Below, in pieces: positions 29,725 to 40,701 of a DNA stretch of 64,000 nucleotides. Numbering within the stretch: position 1 is the stretch's first letter; the number at the start of each line of letters is the position of its first letter. The notes under the pieces are model-generated. The model ran no database searches. It had not been told where the DNA came from and saw nothing but the letters and a program-made list of their open reading frames with translations. Location: assembly GCA_023898625.1 (NCBI GenBank), contig CP060231.1:609890-673889 (forward strand), in the 5' to 3' direction. This DNA comes from Candidatus Nomurabacteria bacterium. Lineage in GTDB: Bacteria; Patescibacteriota; Saccharimonadia; Saccharimonadales; JAGQNJ01. Made by a program: the position numbers and the translations under genes.

Positions 29725-30507
29725 TTGTATTGTAGAGTAAAGTACACTATGCAGATAATCCAGAAAGCTATTATAATAATGCTTAACATGGGGAGAAAAA
29801 ATACACAACGCTCAAGTTTGCGTCATGAACGTTCATTTTACCCAGAGTTTGGAGCAAGACACATTGCGACAGATTGTGATACTTTGGCTTTTTTCTTTGA
29901 TGACATGAAACATGCGCTCAGGAATATACTGCCGAGTGTAGCAGTGTTTGACGAAAGAACTGGCGAGCCAAAGTTTGATAGTTTTGGGGAGCCTAGAACT
30001 AAAGATTTATTTAGATTATACGATCATGTTGATAAAACTGGCATTAGCGTACTAGAAAGACGCTTGGCTTCTGATTATGCCAAGAAACATCGAATTCGCT
30101 GGACAAAACAAGATGTTGGGAGAATTCGGGGCAGAATACAGGATGAGATCGGCAGATTAGATCTGGCAGACAGAAACTTAACGATAAACTTCAGTAACGT
30201 CGTAAGAGTCGGTGATGCAGACGCCGAAGGGGAAAATGCTCGCAAGCTTGCATTAATTCCAGATCAAGCAACTGACGAGGCAGAGTTTTTGGTTAGAGAG
30301 CACGCTATTTGTGTGGACGGGATAAGCACTAGTCTAAGCAGATTTAGATACCCATATAGTACATATATTCCACACATGACGGTGGGACGAATCTTTCGTG
30401 ATGTACCAAAAGAGTCTATGAATGAGGTTGTTGAGTCTGTTCAAGAACTTTTACCTATTGAGGTAGAGCTTAACCCGATAAAATTTACACTCCAACAAGA
30501 AATATAA
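29725..30507 (+). CDS. Hypothetical protein
   Basis: 260-aa ORF. The likely real start is ATG 29779 or 29788, just after TATAAT 29772-29777. The only motif-like feature is C-terminal HMTVGRIF (an HxTx as in 2H phosphoesterases), and no convincing first HxTx is present. Confidence 0.5.
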   Translation: MYCRVKYTMQIIQKAIIIMLNMGRKNTQRSSLRHERSFYPEFGARHIATDCDTLAFFFDDMKHALRNILPSVAVFDERTGEPKFDSFGEPRTKDLFRLYDHVDKTGISVLERRLASDYAKKHRIRWTKQDVGRIRGRIQDEIGRLDLADRNLTINFSNVVRVGDADAEGENARKLALIPDQATDEAEFLVREHAICVDGISTSLSRFRYPYSTYIPHMTVGRIFRDVPKESMNEVVESVQELLPIEVELNPIKFTLQQEI

Positions 30508-30550
30508 CACTAGAAAAAATATCAATTTTAGCGTATAATTTATTGACTTT

Positions 30551-33361
30551 ATGCATAACGAAATTGAAGTTAAAGGTGCACGAGAGCATAATCTAAAAAA
30601 TATCTCACTAAAGATTCCGCGAGATAAATTAGTGGTGATTACAGGTCTGAGTGGTTCTGGAAAATCAAGCCTAGCTTTTGATACGATCTATGCCGAAGGC
30701 CAGCGTCGTTATGTTGAATCGTTAAGCTCTTATGCCAGGCAATTCTTAGGTTTAATGGAGAAGCCAGATGTTGATCAGATTACGGGGCTTAGTCCGGCAA
30801 TTAGTATCGACCAAAAGTCAACTAGTAGAAATCCACGTTCGACAGTTGCAACGGTCACGGAGATTTATGATTATCTGAGATTGTTGTTCGCTAGAATTGG
30901 AACACCTCATTGCCCAATATGTGGTAAGCCGGTCACGAAGCAGACTATTCAGGCGATTGTCGACACAATTAGCTCGAATAACCGTGACCAAAGATTAATT
31001 GTGCTTGCGCCGATTGTAATTGATAAAAAAGGTGCTTTTGAACATATTCCCGAGCAATATCAACGAGCAGGTTTTGCCAGAGTGCGTGTTGATGGCGTTA
31101 TCTATTCTTTAGATGAGTTCCCAGAGCTAGACAAGGCCAAGAAGCACACTATTGAGATAGTTGCAGATAGATTGATTTGTAATGACGCAAATCAAGGACG
31201 TATGAGTCAATCTATTGAGCAGGCGCTAGACATTGCAGACGGGAAGGTTAAGGTCTTCAATGCTGATACCGAGACAGAATCTACTCATACTCTGATGTAT
31301 GCTTGTGTTGATCATCCTGAAGTTCTTATTCCAGAGCTAGAGCCTCGCACCTTTAGCTTTAATAGTCCGCATGGGGCGTGTTCGGTTTGTACTGGACTGG
31401 GCTCAAGGTTAGAAGTTGACCCAGACTTAGTTATTCCAAATGGTCGGCTAACATTAGCAGAAGGTGCAATAAGACCTTTTAACCGAATAAATGTTGACGC
31501 TTGGTATATGAAGAAGATACAGGCAGTTGGCGAGGAATACGATTTTAGTATCCATGTACCAACAGGTGAAATTTCTCCAGCTAATATTCAAAGGATTTTG
31601 TACGGTACTGGCAATAAAAAATATAAGATTGCGCTTGGTGGCGGACGATTTTATGAATCTGTTTTTGAGGGCGTAGTTCCAAACCTCGAGAGACGACATA
31701 AAGAAACAGAGAGTGACTTTATTCGGCGTGATATTGAAAGATTTATGCAGGAACGTCCTTGTCATGCCTGTCAGGGTAAACGACTTAAACCAGAAGTGTT
31801 AGCGGTGACCATCAACAAAAAATCAATTATGGATATATGCGAGCTATCAATTGACGATGCTTGTAACTATTTTTCTAACATTAAACTAAATGAAACGGAT
31901 TTGCATATTGCACAACAAATACTCAAAGAAATTCGTTCAAGATTAGAATTCTTAAGAGATGTCGGCCTAAATTATCTTAATTTACTGCGTAGTGCAAATA
32001 CGTTGTCTGGTGGTGAAGCGCAAAGAATCAGGTTGGCGACGCAAATTGGGTCGGGTTTGATGGGTGTACTGTATGTGCTTGATGAGCCATCGATTGGTTT
32101 GCATCAGCGTGATAATGAACGGTTGATAAAAACCTTGATGCATCTGCGCGATCTTGGTAATACCGTTATTGTTGTTGAGCATGATGAAGATACAATTCGC
32201 ACAGCTGATTATTTAATTGATATCGGTCCCGGGGCTGGCCTTAATGGAGGGAAAATTGTCGCTCAAGGAACGCCACAAGAAGTAGCAAGTAATTCAGCAA
32301 GTATAACCGGGCAATATTTGGTTGGAAAAAAGAAGATCAATACACCAAAGAAGCGACGCCCTGGAAACGGAAAATCATTAATCATTAAGGGCGCAAAAGA
32401 AAACAATTTGAAAAATCTTCAGGTTGAAATTCCACTCGGAGAACTAGTTGTAGTGAGTGGTGTTTCTGGATCCGGAAAGTCAACCTTAATTAATGATATT
32501 CTAGCCAAAGAATTGCTTGCTAGATTGCATCGAGCCAATACGGTTGCTGGCAAGCACGACGATATAGAGGGTATTAAACAGTTAGATAAAGCAATTATTA
32601 TTGATCAATCGCCAATTGGTCGAACGCCTCGGTCAAATCCAGCAACCTACACCGGTGTTTTTACTCCAATTAGGGAATTATTTGCCAGTGTTCCAGAAGC
32701 TAAATTGCGGGGTTACAACCCAGGAAGGTTCAGTTTTAATGTTAAGGGTGGGCGGTGCGAAAATTGTGCGGGAGATGGAATTATTAAGATAGAAATGCAC
32801 TTTTTGCCTGATGTGTATGTGCCATGTGAAGTTTGCAAGGGCAAGCGCTACAATCGTGAGGCACTAGAAATTCATTTTAAAGGAAAAGATATTAGTGATG
32901 TTCTGGATATGACCTGTGAAGTAGCCTTAGATTTTTTCAGCAATATTCCTGCTATTGCGCGCAAGCTCCAAACGTTAGTAGATGTTGGGCTAGGTTATAT
33001 TACGTTGGGACAATCAGCCACAACATTATCTGGCGGAGAGGCACAGCGTATTAAGCTTGCTAGCGAACTTTCTAGAAGGCCAACCGGCAGAACTTTGTAT
33101 ATTCTTGACGAGCCAACAACGGGACTACATATTGCCGATGTTGATAAATTACTAGGTGTATTGCACGCCCTTGTTGATGCTGGCAATAGCATGATTATTA
33201 TTGAGCATAATTTGGATGTTGTTAAGTCTGCAGATTATTTGATTGATATGGGGCCAAATGGCGGTGCTGGCGGGGGGCAGATAATTGCCAAGGGTACACC
33301 AGAACAGGTCGCTAGGGTTAAAGAATCATATACCGGACAATTCTTAAAGCAAATACTCTAG
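30551..33361 (+). CDS. uvrA: Excinuclease ABC subunit A
   Basis: 936 aa. [26 protein letters not shown], zinc-finger CxxC pairs, second Walker [23 protein letters not shown]. Confidence 0.97.
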   Translation: MHNEIEVKGAREHNLKNISLKIPRDKLVVITGLSGSGKSSLAFDTIYAEGQRRYVESLSSYARQFLGLMEKPDVDQITGLSPAISIDQKSTSRNPRSTVATVTEIYDYLRLLFARIGTPHCPICGKPVTKQTIQAIVDTISSNNRDQRLIVLAPIVIDKKGAFEHIPEQYQRAGFARVRVDGVIYSLDEFPELDKAKKHTIEIVADRLICNDANQGRMSQSIEQALDIADGKVKVFNADTETESTHTLMYACVDHPEVLIPELEPRTFSFNSPHGACSVCTGLGSRLEVDPDLVIPNGRLTLAEGAIRPFNRINVDAWYMKKIQAVGEEYDFSIHVPTGEISPANIQRILYGTGNKKYKIALGGGRFYESVFEGVVPNLERRHKETESDFIRRDIERFMQERPCHACQGKRLKPEVLAVTINKKSIMDICELSIDDACNYFSNIKLNETDLHIAQQILKEIRSRLEFLRDVGLNYLNLLRSANTLSGGEAQRIRLATQIGSGLMGVLYVLDEPSIGLHQRDNERLIKTLMHLRDLGNTVIVVEHDEDTIRTADYLIDIGPGAGLNGGKIVAQGTPQEVASNSASITGQYLVGKKKINTPKKRRPGNGKSLIIKGAKENNLKNLQVEIPLGELVVVSGVSGSGKSTLINDILAKELLARLHRANTVAGKHDDIEGIKQLDKAIIIDQSPIGRTPRSNPATYTGVFTPIRELFASVPEAKLRGYNPGRFSFNVKGGRCENCAGDGIIKIEMHFLPDVYVPCEVCKGKRYNREALEIHFKGKDISDVLDMTCEVALDFFSNIPAIARKLQTLVDVGLGYITLGQSATTLSGGEAQRIKLASELSRRPTGRTLYILDEPTTGLHIADVDKLLGVLHALVDAGNSMIIIEHNLDVVKSADYLIDMGPNGGAGGGQIIAKGTPEQVARVKESYTGQFLKQIL

Positions 33362-34011
33362 TTGGATTTTTTTAACTTTATACTATTCAGCGCAAGTTTA
33401 ACTTTTAACATAAATAATTGACGAGTTCCGGGCTTTTTAAATAAATGAGCCATAGATGCCAGGAGACTAATAGCGATAATACCAATAAGAACAATATCTA
33501 TATATTCTTGTATCCAGGGCATTCTGTTGCCCAAAAAGTAGCCAAATAAAGTTACGCCACCACCCCATAGAACTCCTCCAATAATATTGAAGGCTAAGAA
33601 CCGTTGCCTGGACATATTACCCATACCAGCAACTACTGGCGCAAAAGTTCGTACCATGGGCACAAAGCGAGCCAGTATAATCGTCTTGCCTCCGTGTTTT
33701 TCATAAAACCTTTCGGCTCGCTCAATATGCTCTTTTTGAAACAATATACTGTCTTTCTTTTTGAGCAACTTTTTTCCGGTGCTATGTCCAATCGAGTAGC
33801 CAACATTATCGCCTAATATTGCACAAACAATAACCACTATTAGCAACCAGCCTATTGGTAAGCTACCTTGTGATGCTAAGATACCGGCACCAAGGAGCAA
33901 GGTATCGCCGGGCAGAAAGAATCCAATCAATAGTCCAGACTCTGCAAATACTGTCGCCCCAATAGCAATTAGGCCACTACCCAAAATTGCACCATCAATG
34001 TCTAAAGCCAT
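33358..34011 (-). CDS. DedA-family membrane protein
   Basis: 217 aa. [34 protein letters not shown]. Confidence 0.88.
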   Translation of the reverse strand: MALDIDGAILGSGLIAIGATVFAESGLLIGFFLPGDTLLLGAGILASQGSLPIGWLLIVVIVCAILGDNVGYSIGHSTGKKLLKKKDSILFQKEHIERAERFYEKHGGKTIILARFVPMVRTFAPVVAGMGNMSRQRFLAFNIIGGVLWGGGVTLFGYFLGNRMPWIQEYIDIVLIGIIAISLLASMAHLFKKPGTRQLFMLKVKLALNSIKLKKSN

Positions 34012-34055
34012 ATATATAAGGTTATCTTTTTATCATGATTTAGTCTAGTAATAAC

Positions 34056-36722
34056 ATGCATTACTCCACACGTATCTCTCCCCATGCTAATATATACCTA
34101 ATGTCAGAAAATCATTTATCTCGCCAAGGTGCTCAATTCCTCCATCAGCAATACAGTACACTACATCAATCAGACCCAGTCAATCAAGAACAAATAAGAA
34201 GAGCTAGAAGACTAAGCCATGATCTAGAGGATTCCTTTCTACCAGAAGATATAACTGAGTCTGAAGCTGTAAGTACTATTCCAGCTCACGAACTAGATTC
34301 AGAAGTACACACCAAGCCTATAGATAAAATAGATGACTGGATGAAAGTACTAGAACGTACTCATCAAGGTCATCGTGATGACCCAAGAGTACTAGAACGT
34401 ATTAAGAATAGTTACCATAGACAATATGTTATCAAGCCAGAGCAAGTTCCAGAGTCTGCCTTTGCACTAGAAGCTCAAATAGCCAGGAATATGGGTTATG
34501 GTGATATACCAATAACCGATGAGTTCAGACAAGCTAAAACAAAAGAAATTATCTCTAACCAAGAAGAAAGCCTAGATCGTTGGGTAGACTATCTTTCCAG
34601 TCCTGATGCTGTCTACCCAATGTGGCTTAAGTACTGGGCATTTACTAGCATTACTAAAATGGGCAAACTAGAAAAGAACACAACAACTGATGAACATGGA
34701 GTAGAACACGAAACAACTCGCTTTGCTAGACGAACAGAAGATACTGTATCTCCATTCCCACCACTCAACCCCAGAGCTCTAGCTTTAACCCTTTCAGCTA
34801 TTGAAGCTAAGGCTAGCCAAAGAGGAATACCTAAGAAAGAAAGACAGCCAATCGACAATACTAGTACTAAGCTAAACGACAGTGACTTTGCTCAACTAGT
34901 ATCTTCTGAAAGCTTCTCTAAGTTGTATGCTCAGTTCTTATCTGAACTACCAGCCTATTCAACTGAAGGACTTAGAGAAACCAGAGGACAATGGGTTAAG
35001 TATGATCAAGGTAGTGATGCCCAACCCTTAGTAGATAGCCTAGAAGGTCACCCCCTAGAGTGGTGCACAGCAGGTATAGAAACTGCCAGGAATCAACTAT
35101 CTACAGGTGACTTCTATGTTTACTATTCTATTGACCAAGACGGTAACCCAACAATACCTAGAGTAGCTATTAGGATGCAAGATAGCTCTATAGCCGAAGT
35201 AAGAGGCATAGCCCCCGACCAAGAAATAGATCCATTCATTGCTGATGTGGTAAGCGAAAAGATGCAAGAATTCCCAGACGGTGAACAATACCAAAAGAAA
35301 GCTAGCGATATGAAGCGACTCACCGAAATCGATGAACGTAAGGCCGGTGGTAGTGAACTAACAACAGAGGACCTAAGATTCCTCTACGAAATAGACAATC
35401 CAATTAATGGCTTTGGCTATGAAAAAGACCCAAGAATCGAACAACTACTACAAGACAGAGACACTCGCGCTGATCTTTCAATGCTTCTTGACATACCACC
35501 ACAACAAATTAGCTTAACCCGGGAAGAAGCCCTCAGTGGAACACCAGAACAACCAATCGTTTACCATTATGGAGGCCTTGATCTCTATAGCCTGACCAGT
35601 GCCGAAGGACTAACCCTACCAAACAGTGTTGGTGGATACCTTGATCTCCACAGCCTGACCAGCGCCGAAGGACTAACTCTGCCAAACAGTGTTGGTGGAA
35701 GCCTTGATCTCTATAGCCTGACCAGCGCCGAAGGACTAACCCTACCAAACAGTGTTGGTGGAAACCTTGATCTCCACAGCCTGACCAGCGCCGAAGGACT
35801 AACTCTACCAAACAGTATTGGTGGAGGTCTTAATCTCTCTGGCCTGACCAGCGCCGAAGGACTAACCTTGCCAAATAGTATTGGTGGAGGTCTTAATCTC
35901 TCTGGCCTGACCAGCGCCGAAGGACTAACCCTGCCAAATAGTATTGGTGGAGGTCTTAATCTCTCTGGCCTGACCAGCGCCGAAGGACTAACCCTGCCAA
36001 ACAATATTGGTGGAGGTCTTAATCTCTCTGGCCTGACCAGCGCCGAAGGACTAACTCTGCCAAACAGTGTTGGTGGAAGCCTTGATCTCTATAGCCTGAC
36101 CAGCGCCGAAGGACTAACCCTACCAAACAGTATTGGCGGAAGCCTTAATCTCTCTAGCCTGACCAGCGCCGAAGGATTAACCTTGCCAAACAGTATTGGT
36201 GGAAGCCTTGATCTCTATAGCCTGACCAACGCCGAAGGACTAACCTTGCCAAGCAGTATTGGCGGAGGCCTTTACTTCCATAGGCTGACCAGCGCCGAAG
36301 GACTAACCTTGCCAAGCAGTATTGGTGGAAGCCTTAGTCTTTATAGCCTGACCACCGCTGAAGGATTAAACTTACCAAACAGTATTGGTGGAGACCTTAG
36401 TCTTTATAGCCTGACCACCGCTGAAGGATTAACCTTACCAAACAGTGTTGGTGGAAGCCTTGATCTCTCTGGCCTGACCAGCGCCGAAGGACTAACCCTA
36501 CCAAACAGTATTGGTGGAAGTCTTTATCTCACTAACCTGACCAGCGCCGAAGGACTAACCCTGCCAAGCAGTGTTGGTGGAGACCTTGATCTCTATAGAC
36601 TGACCAGAGCCGAAGGACTAACCCTACCAAACAATATTGGTGGATACCTATATTTGAAGAGTCTGACCTACACTGAAAATGAATCTCTCCGCCAAGCCAG
36701 ACCAGACCTAAGGATTATCTAG
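34056..36722 (+). CDS. Large repeat protein: ~500-aa unassigned N-terminal region + about 17 tandem 21-aa LRR-like repeats
   Basis: 888 aa (alternative start ATG 34101). C-terminal half is LxLxxLTSAEGLTLPNSIGGx reiterated. I saw no signal peptide or TM. Confidence 0.8.
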   Translation: MHYSTRISPHANIYLMSENHLSRQGAQFLHQQYSTLHQSDPVNQEQIRRARRLSHDLEDSFLPEDITESEAVSTIPAHELDSEVHTKPIDKIDDWMKVLERTHQGHRDDPRVLERIKNSYHRQYVIKPEQVPESAFALEAQIARNMGYGDIPITDEFRQAKTKEIISNQEESLDRWVDYLSSPDAVYPMWLKYWAFTSITKMGKLEKNTTTDEHGVEHETTRFARRTEDTVSPFPPLNPRALALTLSAIEAKASQRGIPKKERQPIDNTSTKLNDSDFAQLVSSESFSKLYAQFLSELPAYSTEGLRETRGQWVKYDQGSDAQPLVDSLEGHPLEWCTAGIETARNQLSTGDFYVYYSIDQDGNPTIPRVAIRMQDSSIAEVRGIAPDQEIDPFIADVVSEKMQEFPDGEQYQKKASDMKRLTEIDERKAGGSELTTEDLRFLYEIDNPINGFGYEKDPRIEQLLQDRDTRADLSMLLDIPPQQISLTREEALSGTPEQPIVYHYGGLDLYSLTSAEGLTLPNSVGGYLDLHSLTSAEGLTLPNSVGGSLDLYSLTSAEGLTLPNSVGGNLDLHSLTSAEGLTLPNSIGGGLNLSGLTSAEGLTLPNSIGGGLNLSGLTSAEGLTLPNSIGGGLNLSGLTSAEGLTLPNNIGGGLNLSGLTSAEGLTLPNSVGGSLDLYSLTSAEGLTLPNSIGGSLNLSSLTSAEGLTLPNSIGGSLDLYSLTNAEGLTLPSSIGGGLYFHRLTSAEGLTLPSSIGGSLSLYSLTTAEGLNLPNSIGGDLSLYSLTTAEGLTLPNSVGGSLDLSGLTSAEGLTLPNSIGGSLYLTNLTSAEGLTLPSSVGGDLDLYRLTRAEGLTLPNNIGGYLYLKSLTYTENESLRQARPDLRII
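35571..36670 (+). repeat. 63-bp tandem repeat array (about 17.5 copies), coding
   Basis: ttggtggagg recurs at 35818 and 35881 (period 63). Several central copies (35818-36006) are almost identical. Confidence 0.92.
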
Positions 36723-36901
36723 AAGACGTATTTCTTAAGGTATCAATATCCTTAAAGTCCTCATTGTTCTTCTTAATGCTTAAGTTGTAATAATTCAATC
36801 ACCAAGTTATAGCTTTTCATAAGTATTATATATAGAAAAGTACGTATAGAAAAACACAAGCAATTAGGGTATAATAACTGATACATAAAAGAACGGAGGG
36901 A

Positions 36902-37561
36902 TTGATGAGTTCAGACACTATCGCGCTAACTTTAGGTGAGCGGAAAGTGGTGGGTAAACAAGTAAGAGCCTTACGACGTGAAGGTAGGGTGCCGGCAGTA
37001 ATCCACAATCATGGCAAAGATTCGATTATTGTTGATGCTCCATTTATTGAAATAACTAAAGTTTATGAGAAGGCTGGCAAGCATCATCCTGTCGACCTGA
37101 CCGTAGGCAAGGATAAGTATCTAGCAATCATTCGTGATGTTGATCTTGATCCACGCAAGAATGACTTAAGGCATGTTGTGTTTAATGCGGTTAGACAAAA
37201 CGAGAAAGTTCAGACAGAGGTGCCATTAAGATTTGAAGGCGATAGCGAGGCAGAAAAAGCTGGCTTAATGCTACTTCATCAACTAGAGAATATAGAGATT
37301 GAAGCTACCCCGAGAAACATCCCAGACGAAATAGTGGTTAATGTTGAAAAACTAGCAGAAGTTGGTGATAAAATATCGGTTGGCGATATTAAGCCTCCTG
37401 AAAATGTAGATATCATTACTGATTCTGAACACCCAATTGTAGCTGTGATTGAAACGCCGGCACAACAATCTGAAGAATCTGAGGCTGACGAATCTTCTGA
37501 GCAAACCGAAGCTGGTGAAGAAACTCCAGAACAAGGTAAGTCTGCCGAAGACGACACTTAG
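36902..37561 (+). CDS. rplY: 50S ribosomal protein bL25 (Ctc/general stress form) with acidic C-terminal tail
   Basis: 219 aa. RKVVGKQVRALRREGRVPAVIHNHG. SD GGAGGG 36894-36899; ATG 36905 is probably the true start. Confidence 0.88.
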   Translation: MMSSDTIALTLGERKVVGKQVRALRREGRVPAVIHNHGKDSIIVDAPFIEITKVYEKAGKHHPVDLTVGKDKYLAIIRDVDLDPRKNDLRHVVFNAVRQNEKVQTEVPLRFEGDSEAEKAGLMLLHQLENIEIEATPRNIPDEIVVNVEKLAEVGDKISVGDIKPPENVDIITDSEHPIVAVIETPAQQSEESEADESSEQTEAGEETPEQGKSAEDDT

Positions 37562-37586
37562 ATCAAGAAGAATATCATTAACAAAT

Positions 37587-37616
37587 AAGAACCTACGGAG
37601 CTTACCGTAGGTTCTT
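37587..37616. terminator. Stem-loop between convergent genes (candidate bidirectional terminator)
   Basis: AAGAACCTACGG (37587-37598) / loop AGCTTA / CCGTAGGTTCTT (37605-37616): perfect 12-bp stem. T-rich tract on the minus-strand side. Confidence 0.6.
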
Positions 37617-37666
37617 AAAGGTTAGTGACGAGCAAGAGTTATGAAATGTATGGCGAGCTATTTGAG

Positions 37667-39445
37667 TTAATCTTCGATGAACCCACCAGACTGACGACCC
37701 CATAGCTCGGCATATTTACCATTTTTATTGATGAGTTCGTTGTGGGAGCCTTCCTCGATAATCTTGCCGTTATCAAGCACAATTATGCGATCCATTTTTT
37801 GAATAGTACTTAATCTATGAGCTACTACTATGGCAGTTTTATTTTGCATTAACTTCCAAAGAGCATCCTGAATCAACGCTTCGCTTTCGCTATCAAGGGC
37901 GCTAGTTGCTTCATCTAAAACAATAATAGGTGCATTTTTAATCATTGTGCGAGCAATGGCTACGCGCTGACGTTGGCCACCGCTAAGTTTAACGCCACGT
38001 TCACCAACTAATGTCTGATATTTATCTGGCAAATCTTTGATGAATTCGTGTGCATAGGCCATTTTAGCGACAGCTTCTATCTCTTTTTGGTCTGCTTCTG
38101 GGTTACCATAGGCGATGTTGTCTGCAAGAGTTCGATGAAACAATAAAGGTTCCTGAGGGACATAAGCAATGTGACTATGCAGGTCGTCCTGTTTGATACG
38201 AGCAATATTTTGACCATCAATAGTTATCTCTCCTGAATCTATGTCGCTAAATCTGAGTAGTAGTCGAACAAGAGTGGACTTTCCAGACCCAGAATGACCT
38301 ACTAGCCCGACCTTTTCGCCGTGTTTTATTTTTAAATTAAGGCCATTAAAGATTGCGCTATCTGAACCATCATGAGTGAAGGCAACATCATTAAAGTTAA
38401 TACTACCAGAAGTAATCTTTACTGGTTCAGGTTTAATCGGATCTAAAATCTCTGGGGTTTGGCTAAGGATATCAACCATCTCGGAAGCATCACCAAAAGC
38501 TCGATTATAGTTACGCAGGCCGTTATTACTAAATGCAAATAGCTGATCGATTATAGTTGAAGTGTAGCTAAATATTAAAAACACGGTAGCAACGTTGGCG
38601 TTAAACGTTACTACCCCGATCACAGCTACTAAAAGTGCCGTGAGCGACATCGTTCGACTGATCAGTGCAAAGATGTTCATTTGAACTTGATGCATGCTCG
38701 CAAAACGGCTCATATGGTTTTTGGAATTAGTCGTTGCCTTATGAAAGCGCTTTCTTTCAAAATTTGGCCGGGCAAAACTTTTTATTGCCATAATGTTAGT
38801 AATGGCATCTGCCAAGAAACCAGTTTGTTTACTTTCGGCTTTAGCAGATTTTGAACTAAGCTTACGTACTGGTCTTGAGATTAGTAGCGCTCCAACTATG
38901 AATACTATCGTTCCCGCGAGTAATGCAATAACATATTGTGGAGATTTAGGCCACAAAATAACACTAACCGTAACCAAGCCAATTATCAGAGGATATGTTC
39001 CGAATATGGTGGTGTCAGCGGTGCGAATATAACCGCCTAGTAGTTTGTTGTTTGCGGAAACTAGCGAACCTCCAAAATGATTAGCGTGAAAATTCGAGCT
39101 TTGCTTTACTAGATGGTCAAAAACTTCTTCAGCGATATTTTGTTGAACGCTAATTTCGAGACGCCACATAAAGTAATCTACGACACGCCAAATGATAGCA
39201 CCGGTAAAGATTAAAAGCCCATAAATTAGTAAATCTGCGCCAAAACTACCCAATACGTCATTAGGTGTAAAATTGCGAGCACTTAGTTTATCTAGTACAT
39301 TGGCAAGTATTATTGGTGGCAAATAGGCATTTATGACAATCGTTAGAGGCACAGAAACTATAAGCCCTATTAGGTATAGCGGGTACGCAGTGGCTTTATG
39401 CCAATAATATTTAGCAACTGGGTTAATTCTTGATTTTTTCTTCAT
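37667..39445 (-). CDS. ABC transporter, fused permease/ATP-binding exporter (MsbA/MdlB-like)
   Basis: 592 aa. Six-TM N-domain, Walker A GHSGSGKST, signature LSGGQRQR, Walker B IIVLDEATSALD. Confidence 0.9.
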   Translation of the reverse strand: MKKKSRINPVAKYYWHKATAYPLYLIGLIVSVPLTIVINAYLPPIILANVLDKLSARNFTPNDVLGSFGADLLIYGLLIFTGAIIWRVVDYFMWRLEISVQQNIAEEVFDHLVKQSSNFHANHFGGSLVSANNKLLGGYIRTADTTIFGTYPLIIGLVTVSVILWPKSPQYVIALLAGTIVFIVGALLISRPVRKLSSKSAKAESKQTGFLADAITNIMAIKSFARPNFERKRFHKATTNSKNHMSRFASMHQVQMNIFALISRTMSLTALLVAVIGVVTFNANVATVFLIFSYTSTIIDQLFAFSNNGLRNYNRAFGDASEMVDILSQTPEILDPIKPEPVKITSGSINFNDVAFTHDGSDSAIFNGLNLKIKHGEKVGLVGHSGSGKSTLVRLLLRFSDIDSGEITIDGQNIARIKQDDLHSHIAYVPQEPLLFHRTLADNIAYGNPEADQKEIEAVAKMAYAHEFIKDLPDKYQTLVGERGVKLSGGQRQRVAIARTMIKNAPIIVLDEATSALDSESEALIQDALWKLMQNKTAIVVAHRLSTIQKMDRIIVLDNGKIIEEGSHNELINKNGKYAELWGRQSGGFIED

Positions 39446-39677
39446 AAGCAGTCTCCTACTGCTGGGATTAATTTGTTATTAAATTTTGTTGTGGTTCACA
39501 AAGAATGAGTGTATTTTTCTCTATTCGTTGCAGGTGACGAAAGAGAATGTATAGACTGATTGTGGTTTCATCATGATTGTTGTCGCCACCTTTCCTTTAT
39601 TCGATAATGATTTGTACACTATACCATAAGCTAGTCAGAAGTGACAAGTGAATATTTTTCTTGTAAAATAGTAAGCC

Positions 39678-40565
39678 GTGAATAAGGTTATTTTATACTA
39701 CAAGTTTGTTCCAGTAGCTGATCCGGCCATGACTGTTAGGTGGCAAAGAGAGCTTTGTAATAGATTAGACTTGAAGGGGCGAGTTATTGTTAGTAAACAT
39801 GGCATTAACGGTACACTTGGTGGAAATATTGAGAACTTGCGTGAATATAAACGTGAAATGAACAGATCCGTATTATTTAAGGGGATTATGTATAAATGGA
39901 GTGACGGAACTGGACGTGATTTTCCTCGTTTGAGTGTTAAGGAAAAATCTGAGTTGGTTGCTTTTGGGGTACCAGACGAAATTAAAGTTGATGAAAAGGG
40001 CGTAATTGGCGGAGGTAAACACCTCAAGCCGGAGCAAGTTAATGAACTTGTTAAGGAACGTGGAGATGATGTTGTGTTTTTTGATGGACGAAATGCTTAC
40101 GAGGCCGAAATTGGCGTGTTTAAGAACGCGATTGTTCCTGATGTTAAGACAAGTCGAGATTTTTTGTCCGAAATTGAGAGCGATAAATACAAAGAAATTA
40201 AGGATAAACCAGTAATAACATATTGTACTGGAGGAATTCGTTGTGAGGCGCTCAGTGCTTTAATGATAAATCGTGGCTTTAAAGAGGTCTATCAGATTGA
40301 TGGTGGTATTGTAAAATACGGTGAAAAATATGGAGATGAAGGATTATGGGATGGCAAGTTACATATTTTTGACGACCGTATGATACATCAATTTAGTGAC
40401 AAAGCTAAAGATATTGGCGAATGTGTTCATTGTAAAGGCAAAACTAGTCGATATATAAATTGTGATAATGTTTCTTGTAACCGACTGGTGTTAGTGTGTA
40501 GATCTTGTAATAAAAAAACAAAATGCAAAGATTGCCAAGAGGTGGCTAGCGTAGCCGTAGTATAA
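39678..40565 (+). CDS. trhO: Rhodanese-domain tRNA uridine(34) hydroxylase TrhO (UPF0176/YceA)
   Basis: 295 aa. YKF..., GRV.VSKHGINGTLGG, rhodanese active-site loop YCTGGIRCE, C-terminal Cys-rich tail. GTG start 8 nt after TGTAAAAT (39664-39669). Confidence 0.85.
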   Translation: MNKVILYYKFVPVADPAMTVRWQRELCNRLDLKGRVIVSKHGINGTLGGNIENLREYKREMNRSVLFKGIMYKWSDGTGRDFPRLSVKEKSELVAFGVPDEIKVDEKGVIGGGKHLKPEQVNELVKERGDDVVFFDGRNAYEAEIGVFKNAIVPDVKTSRDFLSEIESDKYKEIKDKPVITYCTGGIRCEALSALMINRGFKEVYQIDGGIVKYGEKYGDEGLWDGKLHIFDDRMIHQFSDKAKDIGECVHCKGKTSRYINCDNVSCNRLVLVCRSCNKKTKCKDCQEVASVAVV

Positions 40566-40701
40566 AGTTTGAATATCGAGGGTAAAGCGAAGACTGTAAG
40601 GTTTAAGTGCGGAGAAATATTTTGCTGGCGACAAGCGCTAGAGCAAAAGGGTTTTCCTCAACGTCTCAGACGCTCACAGCCTTCGCTTGTTCTCTCCTTA
40701 T

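Noticed and set aside
29376-29808. Minus-strand ORFs 29376-29648 and 29536-29808 with repeated YEDSPQR peptide.
   Set aside because: The repeated peptide is just the translation of the palindromic intergenic repeat. The ORFs overlap the 3' end of the NHL gene and the next gene's 5' region.
35533-36004. Possible CRISPR array or antisense genes in the 63-bp repeat region. The same question was asked for the 141-bp array at 27.8-28.9 kb and the 72-bp repeats at 29.5 kb.
   Set aside because: The repeats are contiguous with no unique spacers. They are in-frame parts of long ORFs (63 and 141 bp, multiples of 3). No cas genes are present. The 29.5-kb repeats have only 3 copies without spacer-like unique inserts.
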